From NCBI RefSeq assembly GCF_009914755.1, contig NC_060935.1: a DNA stretch of 64,000 nucleotides, one strand, 5' to 3'. Below, piece after piece: positions 14,838 through 28,767 of this stretch; positions within the stretch are counted from its first letter, which is position 1, and every line of letters starts with the position of its first letter. The notes beneath the pieces are model-generated. The model did not search any database, was not told where the DNA came from, and worked only from the letters and a program-made list of their open reading frames with translations. The position numbers and the translations under genes are program-made. This DNA is from the human T2T-CHM13v2.0 reference genome, Homo sapiens.

Positions 14838-17800
14838 ATGACGGGATCAACTTCACACATAACAATATTAACCTTAAATGCAAATGAGCTAAATGCCCCA
14901 ATTAAAAGACACAGACTGGCAAATTTGATAAAGAGTCAAGACCCATCAGGAGACCTATCTCACGTGCAGAGACACACATAGGCGCAAAATAAAGGATGGA
15001 GGAAGATCTACCAAGTAAATGGAAAGCAAAAAAAAAGCAGGGGTTGCAATCTTAGTCTTTGATAAAACAGACTTTAAAGCAACAAAGATTAAAAGAGACA
15101 AAGAAGGCGATTAAATAATGGTAAAGGGATTAATTCGACAAGAAGAGCTAACTATCCTAAATATATATGCACTCAATACAGGAGCACCCAGATTCATAAA
15201 GCAAGTTCTTAGAGACCTACACAGAGACTTAGACTCCCACACAATAATAATGGGAGACTTTAACACCCCACTGTCAATATTAGACAGATCAATGAGACAG
15301 AAGGTTAACAAGGATATCCAGGACTTGAACTCAGCTCTGCACCAAGCAGACCTAATAGATATCTACAGAACTCTTCACCCCAGATCAACAGAATATACAT
15401 TCTTCTCAGCACCACATCTCACTTATTCCAAAATTGACCACATAGTTGGAAGTAAAAAACTCCTCAGCAAATGTAAAAGAACAGAAATCACAACAAACTG
15501 TCTCTCAGACCACAGTGAAATCAAATTAGAACTCAGGATTAAGAAACTCACTAAAAACTGCACAATGACATGGAAACTGCTCCTGAATGACTACTGGGTA
15601 AAAAACAAAATGAAGGCAGAAATAAAGATGTTCTTTGAAACCAATAAGAACAAAGGCACAATGTACCAGAATCTCTGGGACACATTTAAAGCAGCGTGTA
15701 GAGGGAAATTTATAGCACTAAATTCCCACAAGAGAAAGCAGGAAAGATCTAAAATCGACCCCCTAACATCACAGTTAAAAGAACTAGAAAAGCAAGCGCA
15801 AACAAATTCAAAAGCTAGCAGAAGGCAAGAAATAACTAAGATCAGAGCAGAACTGAAGGAGATAGAGACACAAAAAACCCTTCAAAAAATCAATGAATCC
15901 AGGAGCTGGTTTTTTGAAAAGATCAACAAAATTGATAGACCACTAGCAAGACTAATAAAGAAGAAAAGAGAGAAGAATCAAATAGACGCAATAAAAAATG
16001 ATAAAGGGGTTATCACCACCGATCTCACAGAAATACAAACTACCTTCAGAGAATACTATAACCACCTCTATGCAAATAAACTAGGAAACCTAGAAGAAAT
16101 GGATAAATTCCTGGACACATACACCCTCCCAAGACTAAACCAGGAAGTTGAATCTATGACTAGACCAATAACAGGTTCTGAAATTGAGGCAATAATTAAT
16201 AGCCTACCAACCAAAAAGAGTCCTGGACCAGACGGATTTACAGCCGAATTCTACCAGAGGTACAAAGAGGAGCTGGTACCATTCCTTCTGAAACTATCCC
16301 AATCAATAGAAAAAGAGGGAATCCTCCCTAATTCATTTTATGAGGGCAGCATCATCCTAATACCAAAGCCTGGCAGAGACACAACAAAAAAAGAGAATTT
16401 TAGACCAATATCCCTGATGAACATCAATGCAAAAATCCTCAATAAAATACTGGCAAACCGAATCCAGCAGCACATCAAAAAGCTTATCCACCACGATGAA
16501 GTTAGCTTCATCCCTGGGATGCAAGGCTGGTTCGAAATACCCAAATCAATAAACGTAATCCATCACATAAACAGAACCAACAACAAAAACCACATGATTA
16601 TCTCAATAGATGCAGAAAAGGCCTTAAACAAAATTCTCAACAGTCCTTCAGGCTAAAAACTCTCAATAAACTAGGTATTGATGGAATGTATCTCAAAATA
16701 AGAGCTATTTATGACAAACCCACAGCCAATATCATATTGAATGGGCAAAAACTGAAAGCATTCTCTTTGAAAACTGGCACAAGACAGGGATGCCCTCTCT
16801 CAACACATATTCAAAATAGTGTTGGAAGTTCTGGCCAGGGCAATCAGGCAAGAGAAAGAAATAAGAGAATTCAGTTAGGAAAAGAGGAAGTCAAATTGTC
16901 CCTGTTTGCAAATGACATGATTTTATATTTAGAAAACCCCATCCTCTCAGCCCAAAATCTCCTTAAGCTGATAAGCAACTTCAGCAAAGTCTCAGGATAC
17001 AATATCAATGTGCAAAAATCACAAGCATTTCTATATACCAATAACAGACAAACAGAGAGCCAAATCATGAGTGAACTCCCATTCACAATTGCTACAAAGA
17101 GAATAAAATATCTAGGAATCCAACTTACAAAGGATGTGAAGGATCTCTTCAAAGAGAACTACAAACCACTGCTCAGTGAAATAAAAGAGGACACAAACAA
17201 ATGGAAGAACATTCCATGCTCATGGACAGAAAGAATCAATATCGTGAAAATGGCCATACTGCCCAAGGTAATTTGTAGATTCAATGCCATCCCCATCAAA
17301 CTTCCAATGACTTTCTTCTCAGAATTGGAAAAAACTACTTTAAAGTTCATATAGAACCAAAAAAGAGCCCGCACTGCCAAGAAAATCCTAAGCAAAAAGA
17401 ACAAAGCTGGAGGCATCATGCTACCTGACTTCAAACTATACTACAAGACTACAGTAACAAAAACAGCCTGGTACTGGACCAAAACAGATATATAGACCAA
17501 TGGAAAAGAACATAGGCCTCAGAAATAATACCACACATCTACAACCATCTGATCTTTGACAAACCTGACAAAAACAAGAAATGAGGAAAGGATTGCCTAT
17601 TTAATAAATGGTGCTGGGAAAACTGGCTAGCCATATGTAGAAAGCTGAAACTGGATCCCTTCCTTACACCTTATACAAAAATTAATTCAAGATGGATTAA
17701 AGACTTAAATGTTAGATCTAAAATCATAAACACCCTAGAAGAAAACCTAGGCAATACCATTCAGGACATAGGCATGGGCAAAGACTTCATGACTAAAACA

Positions 17801-18632
17801 CCAAAAGCAATGGCAACAAAAGGCAAAATAGATAAATGGATCTAATTAAACTAAAGAGCTTCCGCACAGCAAAAGAAACTACCATCAGAGTGAACAGGGA
17901 ACCTACAGAATGGGAGAAAATTTTTGCAATCTACTCATCTGACAAAGGGCTAATATCCAGAATCTTCAAAGAACTTAAACCAATTTATAAGAAAAAAACA
18001 AACAACCCCGTCAAAAAGTGGGCACAGGATATGAACAGACACTTCTCAAAAGAAGACATTTATGCAGCCAACAGACACATGAAAAAATGCTCATCATCAC
18101 TAGTCATCAGAGAAATGCAAATCAAAACCACAATGAGATACCATCTCACACCAGTTAGAATGGCAATCATTAAAAAGTCAGGAAACAACAGGTGCTGGAG
18201 AGGACGTGGAGAAATAGGAACGCTTTTACACTGTTGGTGGGACTGTAAACTAGTTCAACCATTGTGGAAGACAGTGTGGCGATTCCTCAAGGATCTAGAA
18301 CTAGAAATACCATTTGACCCAGTGATCCCATTACTGGGTATATACCCAAAGGATTACAAATCGTGCTACTATAAAGACACATGCACACATATGTTTATTG
18401 TGGCACTATTCACAATAGCAAAGATTTGGAACCAATCCAAATGTTCATCAATGATAGACTGGATTAAGAAAATGTGGCACATGTACACCATGGAATACTT
18501 TGCAGCCACAAAAAGGATGAGTTCATGTCCTCTGTGGGGACATGGATGCAGCTGGAAACCATCATTCTGAGCAAACTATCACAAGGACAGAAAACCAAAC
18601 ACCATATGTTCTCACTCATAGGTAGGAATTGA
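14838..18632 (+). pseudogene. L1 ORF2p (endonuclease/reverse transcriptase), disrupted
   Basis: Fragments 15118-16656, 16686-17354 and 17836-18570 lie in shifting frames; GDFN and SDH endonuclease motifs are present; the RT motif reads FAND instead of FADD (16905-16916); small deletion near 14949. Confidence 0.95.
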
Positions 18633-18833
18633 ACAATGAGAACACATGGACACAGCGGGGGAACATCACACCCCGGGGCCTGTCATGGGGTGGGGGCAGG
18701 GGGAGGGATAGCATTAGGAGAAATACCTAATGTAAATGACTAGTTAATGGGTGCAGCAAATGAACATGGCACGTATATACCTATGTAACAAGCCTGCACG
18801 TTGTGCACATGTACCCTAGAACTTAAAGTATAA

Positions 18834-18835
<2 letters not shown>

Positions 18836-18870
<35 letters not shown>

Positions 18871-18873
18871 ATA
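18836..18873 (+). repeat. (TAAA)n microsatellite derived from the L1 poly(A) tail
   Basis: About nine tandem AAAT units at the end of the L1. Confidence 0.9.
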
Positions 18874-19245
18874 GATAAAAGAGGCCCCAGAGAGACTCAT
18901 CTTTTCAGCCATGTGAGGACACAGCAACACATTGGCTGTCCATCAGCCAGGAAGTGGGCTCTCACCAGACAGCAAATCTGCTGATGCAGTGATCTTGGAC
19001 TTCCTAACCTCCAGAACTGTGAGAAATAAATTTCTGTTGTTTATAAGCCACCCAGTTTATGGTGTTTTGTTATAATGGTCTGAACATACTGTGCCAGTTG
19101 GGCTTTAATGCCCCTTGGCCAGAAGCTCTGGGTGCAGGCCCTGAGGAGGGCTGAGTCTCTCCTCTTCTCTTTCTCCCAGCCTGGCCTCAAGCTGCCCCAG
19201 TGAGCACAGGCCATGTGGTGGTACACTGGCTTCCAAAAGGTCATG

Positions 19246-19906
19246 CAGTGTTAAATGGTATTTCTGGTTCCAGATATTTGAGGAATTGCCACACCATCTT
19301 CCACAGTGGTTGAACTAATTTACATTCCCCCCAACAGTGTAAAAGCATTCCTATTTCTCCACAACCTTGTTACTGGGTGTATACCCAAAGGGATCTAAGT
19401 CATTCTATTACAAAGATATATGCATGCATATGTTTATTGCAGCACTATTCACAATAGCGAAGACATGGAATCAACCCAAATGCTCATCAATGATAGACTG
19501 CATTAAAGAAAATATGGTACATATACACTATGGAATACTATGCAGCCATAAAAAGTACTGTGATCTTTTCTTCTGCAGGTACACGGATGGAGCTGGAAGC
19601 CATTATCCTCAGCAAACTAATGTAGGAACAGAAAACCAAATATTGCATGTTCTTACTTATAAGTGGGAGCTGAACAACGAGAACACATGGACACAGGGAG
19701 GGAAACAACACACACTGGGGCCTGTCCAGCAGTAAGGTTGAGGCAGGGAAAGCATTAGGAAAAATAGCTATGCATGCTGGGCTGAATACTGGGTGATGGA
19801 TTGATAGGTGCAGCAAACCACCATGGCATATGTTTAACTTTGTAAGAAACCAGCACATCCTGCACATGTACCCTGGAACTTAAAATAAAAATTAAAATGT
19901 TTTTTA
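19246..19906 (+). mobile_element. Truncated older L1PA (about L1PA10-13) with an inverted 5' segment
   Basis: 19246-19369 is antisense ORF2; 19370 onward is sense ORF2 end plus 3'UTR; TSD aaaa(g/a)gtcatg at 19235-19245 and 19907-19917. Confidence 0.9.
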
Positions 19907-22312
19907 AAAAAGTCATGATGTTTTCTCAGCAGCCCAGTTTACTTTTCCAGACCCCTCTGGCATGTGTTACTCCAGAAAAAGGCCAGTGTGTGTGAGACCC
20001 AGGCCACTGTGACACTGTATAATGAGAGGGACAGGCAGGGAGGAGGGAGTAGGTTGCTCCAGCCAAAGCCAGCAGCACCCCGGGAGCTGCTGTATCTGGC
20101 CAAAGGCTGTTTACACTTTGCTGCAGACATCGAGGCCTGCTGTTCAGGGGAGGAGGATTTCAATATGTGACCCCACAAGGTACAAGCAGAGCCACCTCTG
20201 TCAGACTGACCTCGACAGAGTGGTAGGGCCAAGTTTTAGAAAGAAGTTACATTGGATAGGGAGGCAGGAAAGAAACACTTTGATTCTTGCTTTCTGAGCT
20301 TGTTTCCTGTACTCTTTGGAAAAAGAAGACCAGAAAACAGAGCACCTCTCCAATTGTGTGACAGAATGGGAAAATAATCAGAATTGATGGTGGTGGCTCT
20401 GCTTCAATACTGGCCGCTGCTGTCTTCCACCTACATATTCTCCTCCAAGTCCTGTAGTCTCTCTGTGCAAACTCAGATTCCACATCTGTAAAATGGGAAC
20501 AATAACAAAGTTGACATGAGGATCACATGGAATAACGTATGTCTTGGACTTTTTTAAGGCAGGCAGTTATGTGCACAAATATTTCATTTGCTTATTTGTC
20601 TTTTTCTCTTTAACTTTTCCCTTTGTCCTACCTAATCCCTATTTCTCCTTTTTTTTCCATAAGCATATACCTCAGGCCAAAAATGTTCAAATGTTTCCAC
20701 CAAAAATGCCCCTAACAAGCAAAAAAATATGTAAAAAGGTTTAGCCCAAAGTGTCCGACACAAATGTGAAATTTCATTGACATTTAAAGTTTATTTTTAA
20801 GATACATGTGAATCTTGAATTTGATTCCATAATATGTTCATGTGAATCATTTACAGTTAGTTCTTGGTTGAAAATAATGGAGTCCATTCTAGGTAGCTCA
20901 GGCAGAACAAGAATTTAAGGGCAACCGTGGATCTTCTAGGAAATCTAAAGCATTGGGTTCCCCACGTAGTGGAAACATGATGAAGCCAGTCCCCAGGGGC
21001 TGCCCCAGCAAATGTCCAGTGGTGTTGGCCTTGGACACAAACACCCCAGCCTGCCCCAGACAGAGGTGCTTGCTCTGATCCCACTGGGGACTGGATACAG
21101 AGGCTCTGCTACTGCTGCGTGTGGCTTTGTCACAGTGCTGCCCAAACAGATTTCTCAAGGCTCCTTCCTCATATTGCTTTTGACCGAATTGAAGTCGTTA
21201 GTGGTTGTATCTGCATGGTACTGCCTAAGACCCAGCCTATAGCCCAACTACAAGGGAGGATGGAATAGTAAATTCCAATTTCTACTTTATGAAGGCAGGG
21301 CTCACAATGTAGGACATTTTCCCAATACAGAAAAGACTTTGAATACACACTTAGTGGTCATAAACATTATATATCTTAACATTCTTTTTAAACCACCTAT
21401 CTGCAAGTAAAGTGAATGTTTTGGAAACATACACCCTGTTTTTCTAAGCTTTGTGTATCTTTCATAATCTGTGTAATCCCAAGGGTACATGCACTGCAGT
21501 TTGAAAATCCAGGCCCTAGGCCCTCCAGAGGCATTGTCCGTTTTCATGGAATGTACTAGAGATGAGTCATCCTCAGAAAGAGAGTACAGTTTCCATCTCC
21601 TAAGAGTGGAGGCACATTCAAAGCAATTTGAATAATCCCAGGTTTGAAATTATCATATTAGGCTCACGAAACTGATGCCCTTTAATGGCTTTAGAATCAC
21701 CAGTCCCACTATGAACACACATCTCCTAATGCTTACACCAATGTCGGTTTCCATGTCTTCGTCCCACCTTTTCCCAGGGCAGGCTTAGTTCCTATCTAGT
21801 CAGAGGAATTCAGGTTCATTCAGCACATTTCATGTCCAGTTTTGTTTACAGTAAAGGATCAAGCCTCTCTTCTGTCATGGCTAATAATTCCCGTTAGAAA
21901 TAGAAGCCACTGGGAAAAAGTCATGAAAAAGCCAGCACTCTTTTCTGGGAACTTCAACTTTTCTTATTTACATGACCTGAAGTTTCATCATCTTCATTAG
22001 CAGAAAGCCCCAAGTCTGTAATTGAATCTTTGAGAGAAGCAATACAATTCAAATTTCCCTGTGGCTTGAAGGTAGTGGGATTGGCACTGTGGAGGTTAAC
22101 ATTCTCTCTGCAAACTACAGGATGACATTCTCCTAACAGCACAGCCCTGTCATTGTTTGGGAAACAATTCTCCAGGGAGTGGACTGTAAAACCACTGGCC
22201 AAATTTCAAGTATGTCCGTGCAGAATGAGAGTTATTTTTCCAGTTGGTCACTAGAAATAGAGCCCAGGCAAGGGCCTGAAGAATGGAAAGTATGGTTCAT
22301 AGCAGTTTTTTA

Positions 22313-22621
<309 letters not shown>

Positions 22622-24161
22622 TTAAAGATAGCTTTGCTGTGCAAGAGACAAGATTTTAGGGCTCTAGCCCAGGGGTGAGAGGAAGGCTGTCCTGGTCAGC
22701 AAGGCAGCAGGGTCTTAATCTGCTGAGACACCACTTCCCTGCTTCAGTAGGAGCCTCATCTCTTGAAATCTGACTTCAGGACACTGAGCATAGCCCTCTT
22801 GCTGCCCAGCCCGCTATATTCCACAGGAAGGGTAAGACCCTTCCATCTCTCACCATGCTGCCCAGACCAGTGTGTTAGGTTGCCAAAGCTTGCGTTGGGA
22901 CAGACCTGGGGTCATTAATACTACTTGTATTAGCTCCAAGAATAACCAATATTTTGGAAGAGGTAATACATAAATACTTAAGGTGGTGACAGATATATTT
23001 GCTGGATGGACAGGATGTGGGCCCATACAGTCTCACATGAATTTGAAACATGACTTGTGTTTCCCCGAGAGGACATGAGTCTGGGTGGCAAAGGTGGGGT
23101 GCAGTAGACAGCCATAAATCATGTTTCACTGGCCCCCTTGCTATTCATACTTCAATTCTTCTCAAAGTGTCACTCAAGTATTTCTGAGCATTCTTAGGGG
23201 TATGTCAAATATGCTCCTAAATAAGCCCTTGCCATTTCCATTTGGTGCCTGCCATTTTCCTCTTGTGCACCTCTGGCCCCTCAGTGGAGTCTCATGGCCA
23301 TGATTCTTTAGCTGGCAACCACTGGGAGAACCCTCATACCCATGGCTTCCTCTGTGCACTCAAGGCTCAGCTCCATGACAATGGGAAATCTTCACTGCTC
23401 AGATTTTTCTCACAGCTTGTCTTTCCCTAGAACTCTCACATTGAGTCCACGTGGCACTGGACCCAATATTGACATAGTCATGATGTCACCATCCTGGATC
23501 CAAAATCATCCCGTCCTTCACACAACAAATGCTTTGTCATCTGGGCACGCTTCTCTGCTGAAATTATCTCCTTAGAGTTCCAGTCCCAATCTGATGACTT
23601 ATGGTGGGCAAAGCATTTAACCTCTCTGGGTTTCAATTTACTTATTTATAAAATAGGGGATGTGAGCTAGATATCTTCTAGAGTCTCTTCTATTCCAGGG
23701 TTTGCTGACTCCTTGGAAGCATGGTGCTTTATCAAGCAATACACAAGAAGATATATTAGGTACTTCCATGTATCAAGCACTAGCTAGGTGCTCTGTAAAT
23801 GGAAAATTGCTATTTTCTTTCATCTTTCTGACAAGAACCCGGCCTCTCTGGTCATCACTTTGCTTAAAACCCTCCAGTGACTTCTTGTCATATTTTGGAA
23901 AGAATCCAGGCTGAGTGGCATCCTACCTCAGTGCTATCACCTCATTCTTCTCTCATTTTTTATTTCATATACTCCAGATGGCTAGTCTTCTTTCTGACCC
24001 TGGAATGTGCTGAGCCCCTTCACACCAGGGCTTCTGCAAGTGTTCATTGTCCTACCTGAGATGCTCATCTCCCAGGTAACCCATGACTGACCTCTCACCA
24101 TTCGGGTCCCCAAGGTTCCTTGCTTGACATCTGCCCCACTTTCAGCCAGCTTGCTCTGTCT

Positions 24162-24349
24162 CAAAGGTTGGCAAATTGTTGTCTTGGGTCAAATCTATTC
24201 TCATTTATTTACACATTTTCTATGGCTACTTTTGGGCTACAACAGCAGAGTTGAGTTCCATGTATGAGTGGCCGCAAGAGAGATGGATGGCCCACAAAGC
24301 TGAAAATATTTACCATCTGGCCTTTACAGGGAAAGTTTAAGAATCCCTG
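24162..24349. mobile_element. MER58A (hAT-Charlie) within L2 fragments
   Basis: caaaggttggcaaa...ggcccacaaagctgaaaatatttaccatctggcctttacag...ccctg. Confidence 0.75.
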
Positions 24350-25511
24350 CCTATCCCATAGCATCTTTTATTCACACTGCTTATCAGTATCAGAATTGCT
24401 AAATCAATCTGCTTCTTTCTGCCTTATTTTTCTCCCCCACTAGAATGTAAGTGCCTGCAAGTTGAAGGTCTCATCTATCTTGATCCCAGTGCTTTTGTTA
24501 GTTCTTAGCACAGCACCTGACACAGAGCCAATAAATAACGGTAAGCTGGATGGATTTAGGTCTGTTTCCTTTTGCACTGTTGAAGCAATAACAAAATTCA
24601 GTGCAAATCCTAAAATAAACTCCACCATCTCCATGGTTCTTTCTACACCCCCGTGACCAACTGTCAAGCTTCTCTCTGTTCCCACCTTCATCTCATTGTG
24701 TCCTCTTCTGATTCTGCTCTGACACCCCCAGATACCAGTGTCTTCTTGCCCTTTACTCTTTATACTTTTCTAATTAGCTCTTGGCCCTCCATGGCACCAG
24801 CAGCCCTCCAGGGAGCAGCTCTTGGCTAGAAAGCCAATCAAAGGGCAACAGCGCATTCCTCTATGGTATTTCCAGGTAGGACTTGGAAGTCTGGTGGACT
24901 CAAACTCAGACACATATTTGAGGGAGCTTCATACTTTCCTAAGTGGGCCTTTCTACTTGAGACCACTTGAAAAATGAATTCAGATTCTCAGAGAATGGAA
25001 CCCCAGGGCCAGGAGAAGTTTGAATCTAAGAAGCTCTGGCTATCAGATATGGGGGAGCTCCTAGGAATCATCTAGCACCTCTCAAACTTCCCCATCAAAA
25101 CTGGCCTAGTAGCAGATAACAGTGACATATTTCCCTAGGAGGGAATGGGGTTGATACATAAACTATACTACTCTAACTTCATTTTATTTCAATAATCCAT
25201 GAGAACATTGTATTCTATCTCATAATATATTTTTAAAGAAATAATGAACCTTTTCCATTAAAATGTGTGGCTATGGCAACCACACATCTACAATCTTTGA
25301 GGAAAAATCACAGTCTACCTCTATCCTTAGCACACTCTTGCCTAGGCCCATATACCCACTGGTACTGAGACAGCTTGGAAAGCAGGAAATTTAATCCAGT
25401 GTATCCTTTAACAGATGAGGATACTGAAGGCCCAACAGAGATGGCAATAGAAATGAAGCTCCTTACCTTTAGGAGAACTCCATTCCTACTTCTTGGGAGG
25501 ATAAATTAGTC

Positions 25512-25990
25512 TGTGGTAAGATTAGAAGTGTTGTTGAACAGTCTCTGTCTGCCCTCCAGACACAGCTGCCACCCTGCCCATCTGCTCTGTGGCCCTGCAG
25601 GCTGATATCTGAGTACTGCATCACCAACCTTCCATGCCCTCTGACTTCTGGTTGGATTTGACCAATGGCAAGCAAGGGAGGGAATTGGAAGGCAGGATGA
25701 GAGTGTGGTCAGGGTATTTGTTTCCCCAGCTCCCTTCCCACCAGACCTCATGTTGGCAATGGCTGTGCTCTTCTACCAAAGCAGGCGGACCCTACAGCTA
25801 GAGATCTACTAGGTTCTGGGAACCACTCCACGCTCTAATTCTCCTCAGACTTAGGAGTGCCGTGGCTTCCTCATTTGTCAACCCCGGCGTTCTTTACTAT
25901 CCCAGCCATACATTTGTAACTAATGCCATCATTAGGCTCTCCTAATCCCTTTTATCAAAGAATCATTTGTTTCCTGCCAGGACACTTACA
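25512..25990 (+). mobile_element. LTR33-like 5' LTR of a decayed ERV-L provirus
   Basis: tctgctctgtggccctgcaggctg...cttctggttggatttgaccaatgg...agggtatttgtttcccc...ttcctgccaggacacttaca, followed directly by internal sequence gtaaatggtac. Confidence 0.65.
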
Positions 25991-28767
25991 GTAAATGGTA
26001 CTGGAAGTAGCCCAGAGAACACCCCTCAAAATGGGATTCTGAGGTTGGATTGCTCACACATTCATTAAGCACACATAAGCACACTGTATCTTGTGGTATG
26101 GGGAGGGGCATTTGTTATAGTGGTTTGCAGTAGGCTTACGATTACTTAAATCATCACTCATTTTGGCATGGGATGGTGTGGAATATGCATGAAGGGCATT
26201 ATGTTTTGAGATCAGGAGCCATGGGTCTTTAGTCAATCTGGTGACAATGATGATTGCAAAAATTATGGTGTGAGCTTGTTACCTCTGAAAACCCTACAGA
26301 ATATTCATAGAGAAAAGAACAAATGAAAAGTTTTAAATATGCAACTGAGAATACAAATAGAATATCAGAAAGCCTCTGTGGTCTGAATGACGCAAGTAAC
26401 CTGGGTAAGATGATGGCCCAGACTCCCGTGACACTTACTCCTTTGCCTTGAAAGCATGTCTATGGTTCATGAGAAGTTTCTGATGACAATGACAGACCAG
26501 TTTATACATGGGTCTACGAGGTGTTCTGGAACCAACCAGAAGTACTGGCCACTACCTACAGACCTACTCGGGGTGGCCCTAAAAAATAGTGGTAGTGGTG
26601 AATCTTCCAGGTGGGTAGAACTTTCGGAAGTCCAAGGACATGGAAAGAACAGAATTGGAAGATTGGTGACAAGGAGGTCTGGGGAGAAGTCTGTATATGG
26701 ATCCCTGGGAATAGATACTAAGTGTAAAGATAACTGTGTCCTATGTACATACCTACCTACTGAGGGCATTTACTGCAGATAATGCACCAAGTAATCAGAT
26801 GGACAAGATGATCTGTCTAAGAGATGTCAGTCTCTCTTTTAGATAACTGTGTGCGTATTCCATGTGCAAAGTGCTCATGCCAGCAAAAATGGATGGTATT
26901 TATGCATGTAGATAACAAAAAGACACACCCTTACCAAGGCTTATCAGGCTATCCTCATTGCTAAGACTGCTGTGCTACAAAAAAGAAGCCAGTATAAGCC
27001 TCTAATGTGGCACCATTCCCCAAGGGATCAGCTAACTACCTGGTGGCAAGATGATTTCATCGGATCCCTCCTATTATGGAGAAGGCAAGGTTTTTGTCTT
27101 CATAGGAAAATATATCTACGTCACTTGCAGAATTTGCTTTCCTTACCCACAATGCTTCTAACAGCACTATCTTTTGGGGGCTGTATTGAGGGCTTTATCT
27201 ATTGCCATAATATTCCACACAACATTGGTGCCAAGCAAGGAGCTCATTTTATAACAACAACAAAAGTGTAGCATGGGGCTCATGACTGCAGAATTCCCTG
27301 GTGTTTCCATTGATCCTCTCATCTATAGGGAGCTGGTTTTATGTATTAGTTGTTTATTATTGCATAACAAATTACCCCAAACTTAGCATCTTAAAACAAC
27401 AAACATCATCTTCCAGTTTCTGTAGGTCAGGCATCTGACCTCTAACTCAGGGTCTCTCACAAGGCTGCAAACATTGGCTAGGGCTGTAGTGATCTCAATA
27501 CTTGACTAAGGGAGTGGGCACTCCCAAGCTCACTCATGTGGCTGTTGGCAGACCTCAGGTCCTCTCTGGCTGCTGGCTGGAGATATCAGTCTGTTGCCAT
27601 GTAGACCTCCCCAGAGAGCAACACACACCAGAGCAACTGGATTCTATCAGAGCAAGCAAGCAGGAGAGTCAGAGAGAGCAGCAAGTCAGAAGCCAGAGTC
27701 TTTTTGTAACTTAATCTCTGAAAGTGACATCCCTTCATTTTTGCCTTATTCTATTCATTAGAAGCAAGTCACTAGGTCCAGCCCACATTCAAGGAGAGGT
27801 AAATACACAAGGGCAAGGACACCTGAAAGCAAGGATCACTGGGAGCCACTTTAGAGGCTACCTATCACCCTAGAAATAAAAGCACAATAGCCTGCTAAAG
27901 CCTCAGCTATGCTTCTGGCAGGCAACACCCTGTGAGGTTTGGGTGCTACCCTACAGTCTGCAGTATATGGCTAACAGCCAACATGTGGTACCATCTCCTG
28001 TATCCAGAGAATGCACAAGTCTGGAAAACCAGGGGTAGAGGTAAAAGTGTCCCCTCTCACTATTTTAAGAAATGACCAACTTAAAAATTGTTGCCTCTGT
28101 TTCCTGTGTCCTTTGGTTCAATGGGTTTGAAGGACCTAATGCCCAGGGATAGAATGCTTCCTCTAGAGACCACAGCCATGGTTCTAATAAATTACAAGCT
28201 GAGCCTACTTCTGGCCATTATGAGCACCTATCCTTGAACCAATAGAAAAGAGAGTCTCTATATTACCAAGGAAGAATTTGGGTGCTGCTGCGCAATGGAA
28301 GCAAGGACTATGTTACAAATTTGGAAGATTTCAAACATAAAAGACCAGAGGTGCGTTCTGGTAGTGTTGTCTTGTAATCCCGATCATTTGGAAAACTACA
28401 GCTTCCGAATTAAGAGAGTACCACCCAGGACTCATATCCTGTGGCCATGAAAGTTTGGGTCACAACAGGTAAAGGACCATATTCAACCAGGGTGCTGGCA
28501 GAAGGTATGGAGAGCATAGAATGGGTAGTAGAAGAAGGAAAGTATGGTTATAACCTTAATCCCAATGACTAGGCACAGAAACAGGGTCTGTAGAAGCCAT
28601 ATTTTATGTTAATTATATCTTTGCCTATGTTTCCTCCCACTACCTTCTAAGAAGAGCACAGGTGGTGATTAAAGTTTTAGATTGCAGGTGACAATGTGAC
28701 TGAACTCACCCTGACATGATACAGTGTTTGAGGGACTTTATGGAGGCCAAAAGGCAAAAGAGATGGG
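25991..28767 (+). pseudogene. ERV-L internal region: degenerate RNase H, integrase and dUTPase remnants
   Basis: ORF 26456-26782 (FIHGSTRCSG...LKNSGSGESSRWVEL) resembles ERV-L RNase H; ORF 26972-27271 (PRDQLTTWWQDDFIG...HNIPHNIGAKQGAHF) resembles the integrase core; ~28110-28220 resembles the ERV-L dUTPase. Confidence 0.8.
27342..27869 (-). mobile_element. MLT1F-like LTR inserted into the ERV-L integrase
   Basis: tgtattagtt...taacaaattaccccaaacttagc...agcaagtcactaggtccagcccacattcaagg...ttagaggctacctatcac. Confidence 0.8.

Larger units (their letters stand above)
13123..18876 (+). mobile_element. Near-full-length L1PA (about L1PA5-6), 5'UTR truncated, inactive
   Basis: Partial 5'UTR, ORF1, spacer, ORF2, 3'UTR and (TAAA)n tail; 16-bp TSD aaaagaggcc(t/c)cagag at 13107-13122 and 18877-18892. 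Confidence 0.97.
12961..19088 (+). mobile_element. MLT1A/MLT1A0 solo LTR split by the long L1 (halves 12961-13122 and 18877-19088)
   Basis: 5' half tgctgtggtctgaatg...ccttataaaagagg; 3' half ...gacttcctaacctccagaactgtgagaaataaa...; possible TSD ctttg/ctgtg. Confidence 0.85.

Noticed and set aside
15118-16656. 512-aa ORF as an active retroelement protein or novel gene
   Set aside because: It is a fragment of L1 ORF2. The element has stops, frameshifts, an RT FADD-to-FAND change and no sense promoter.
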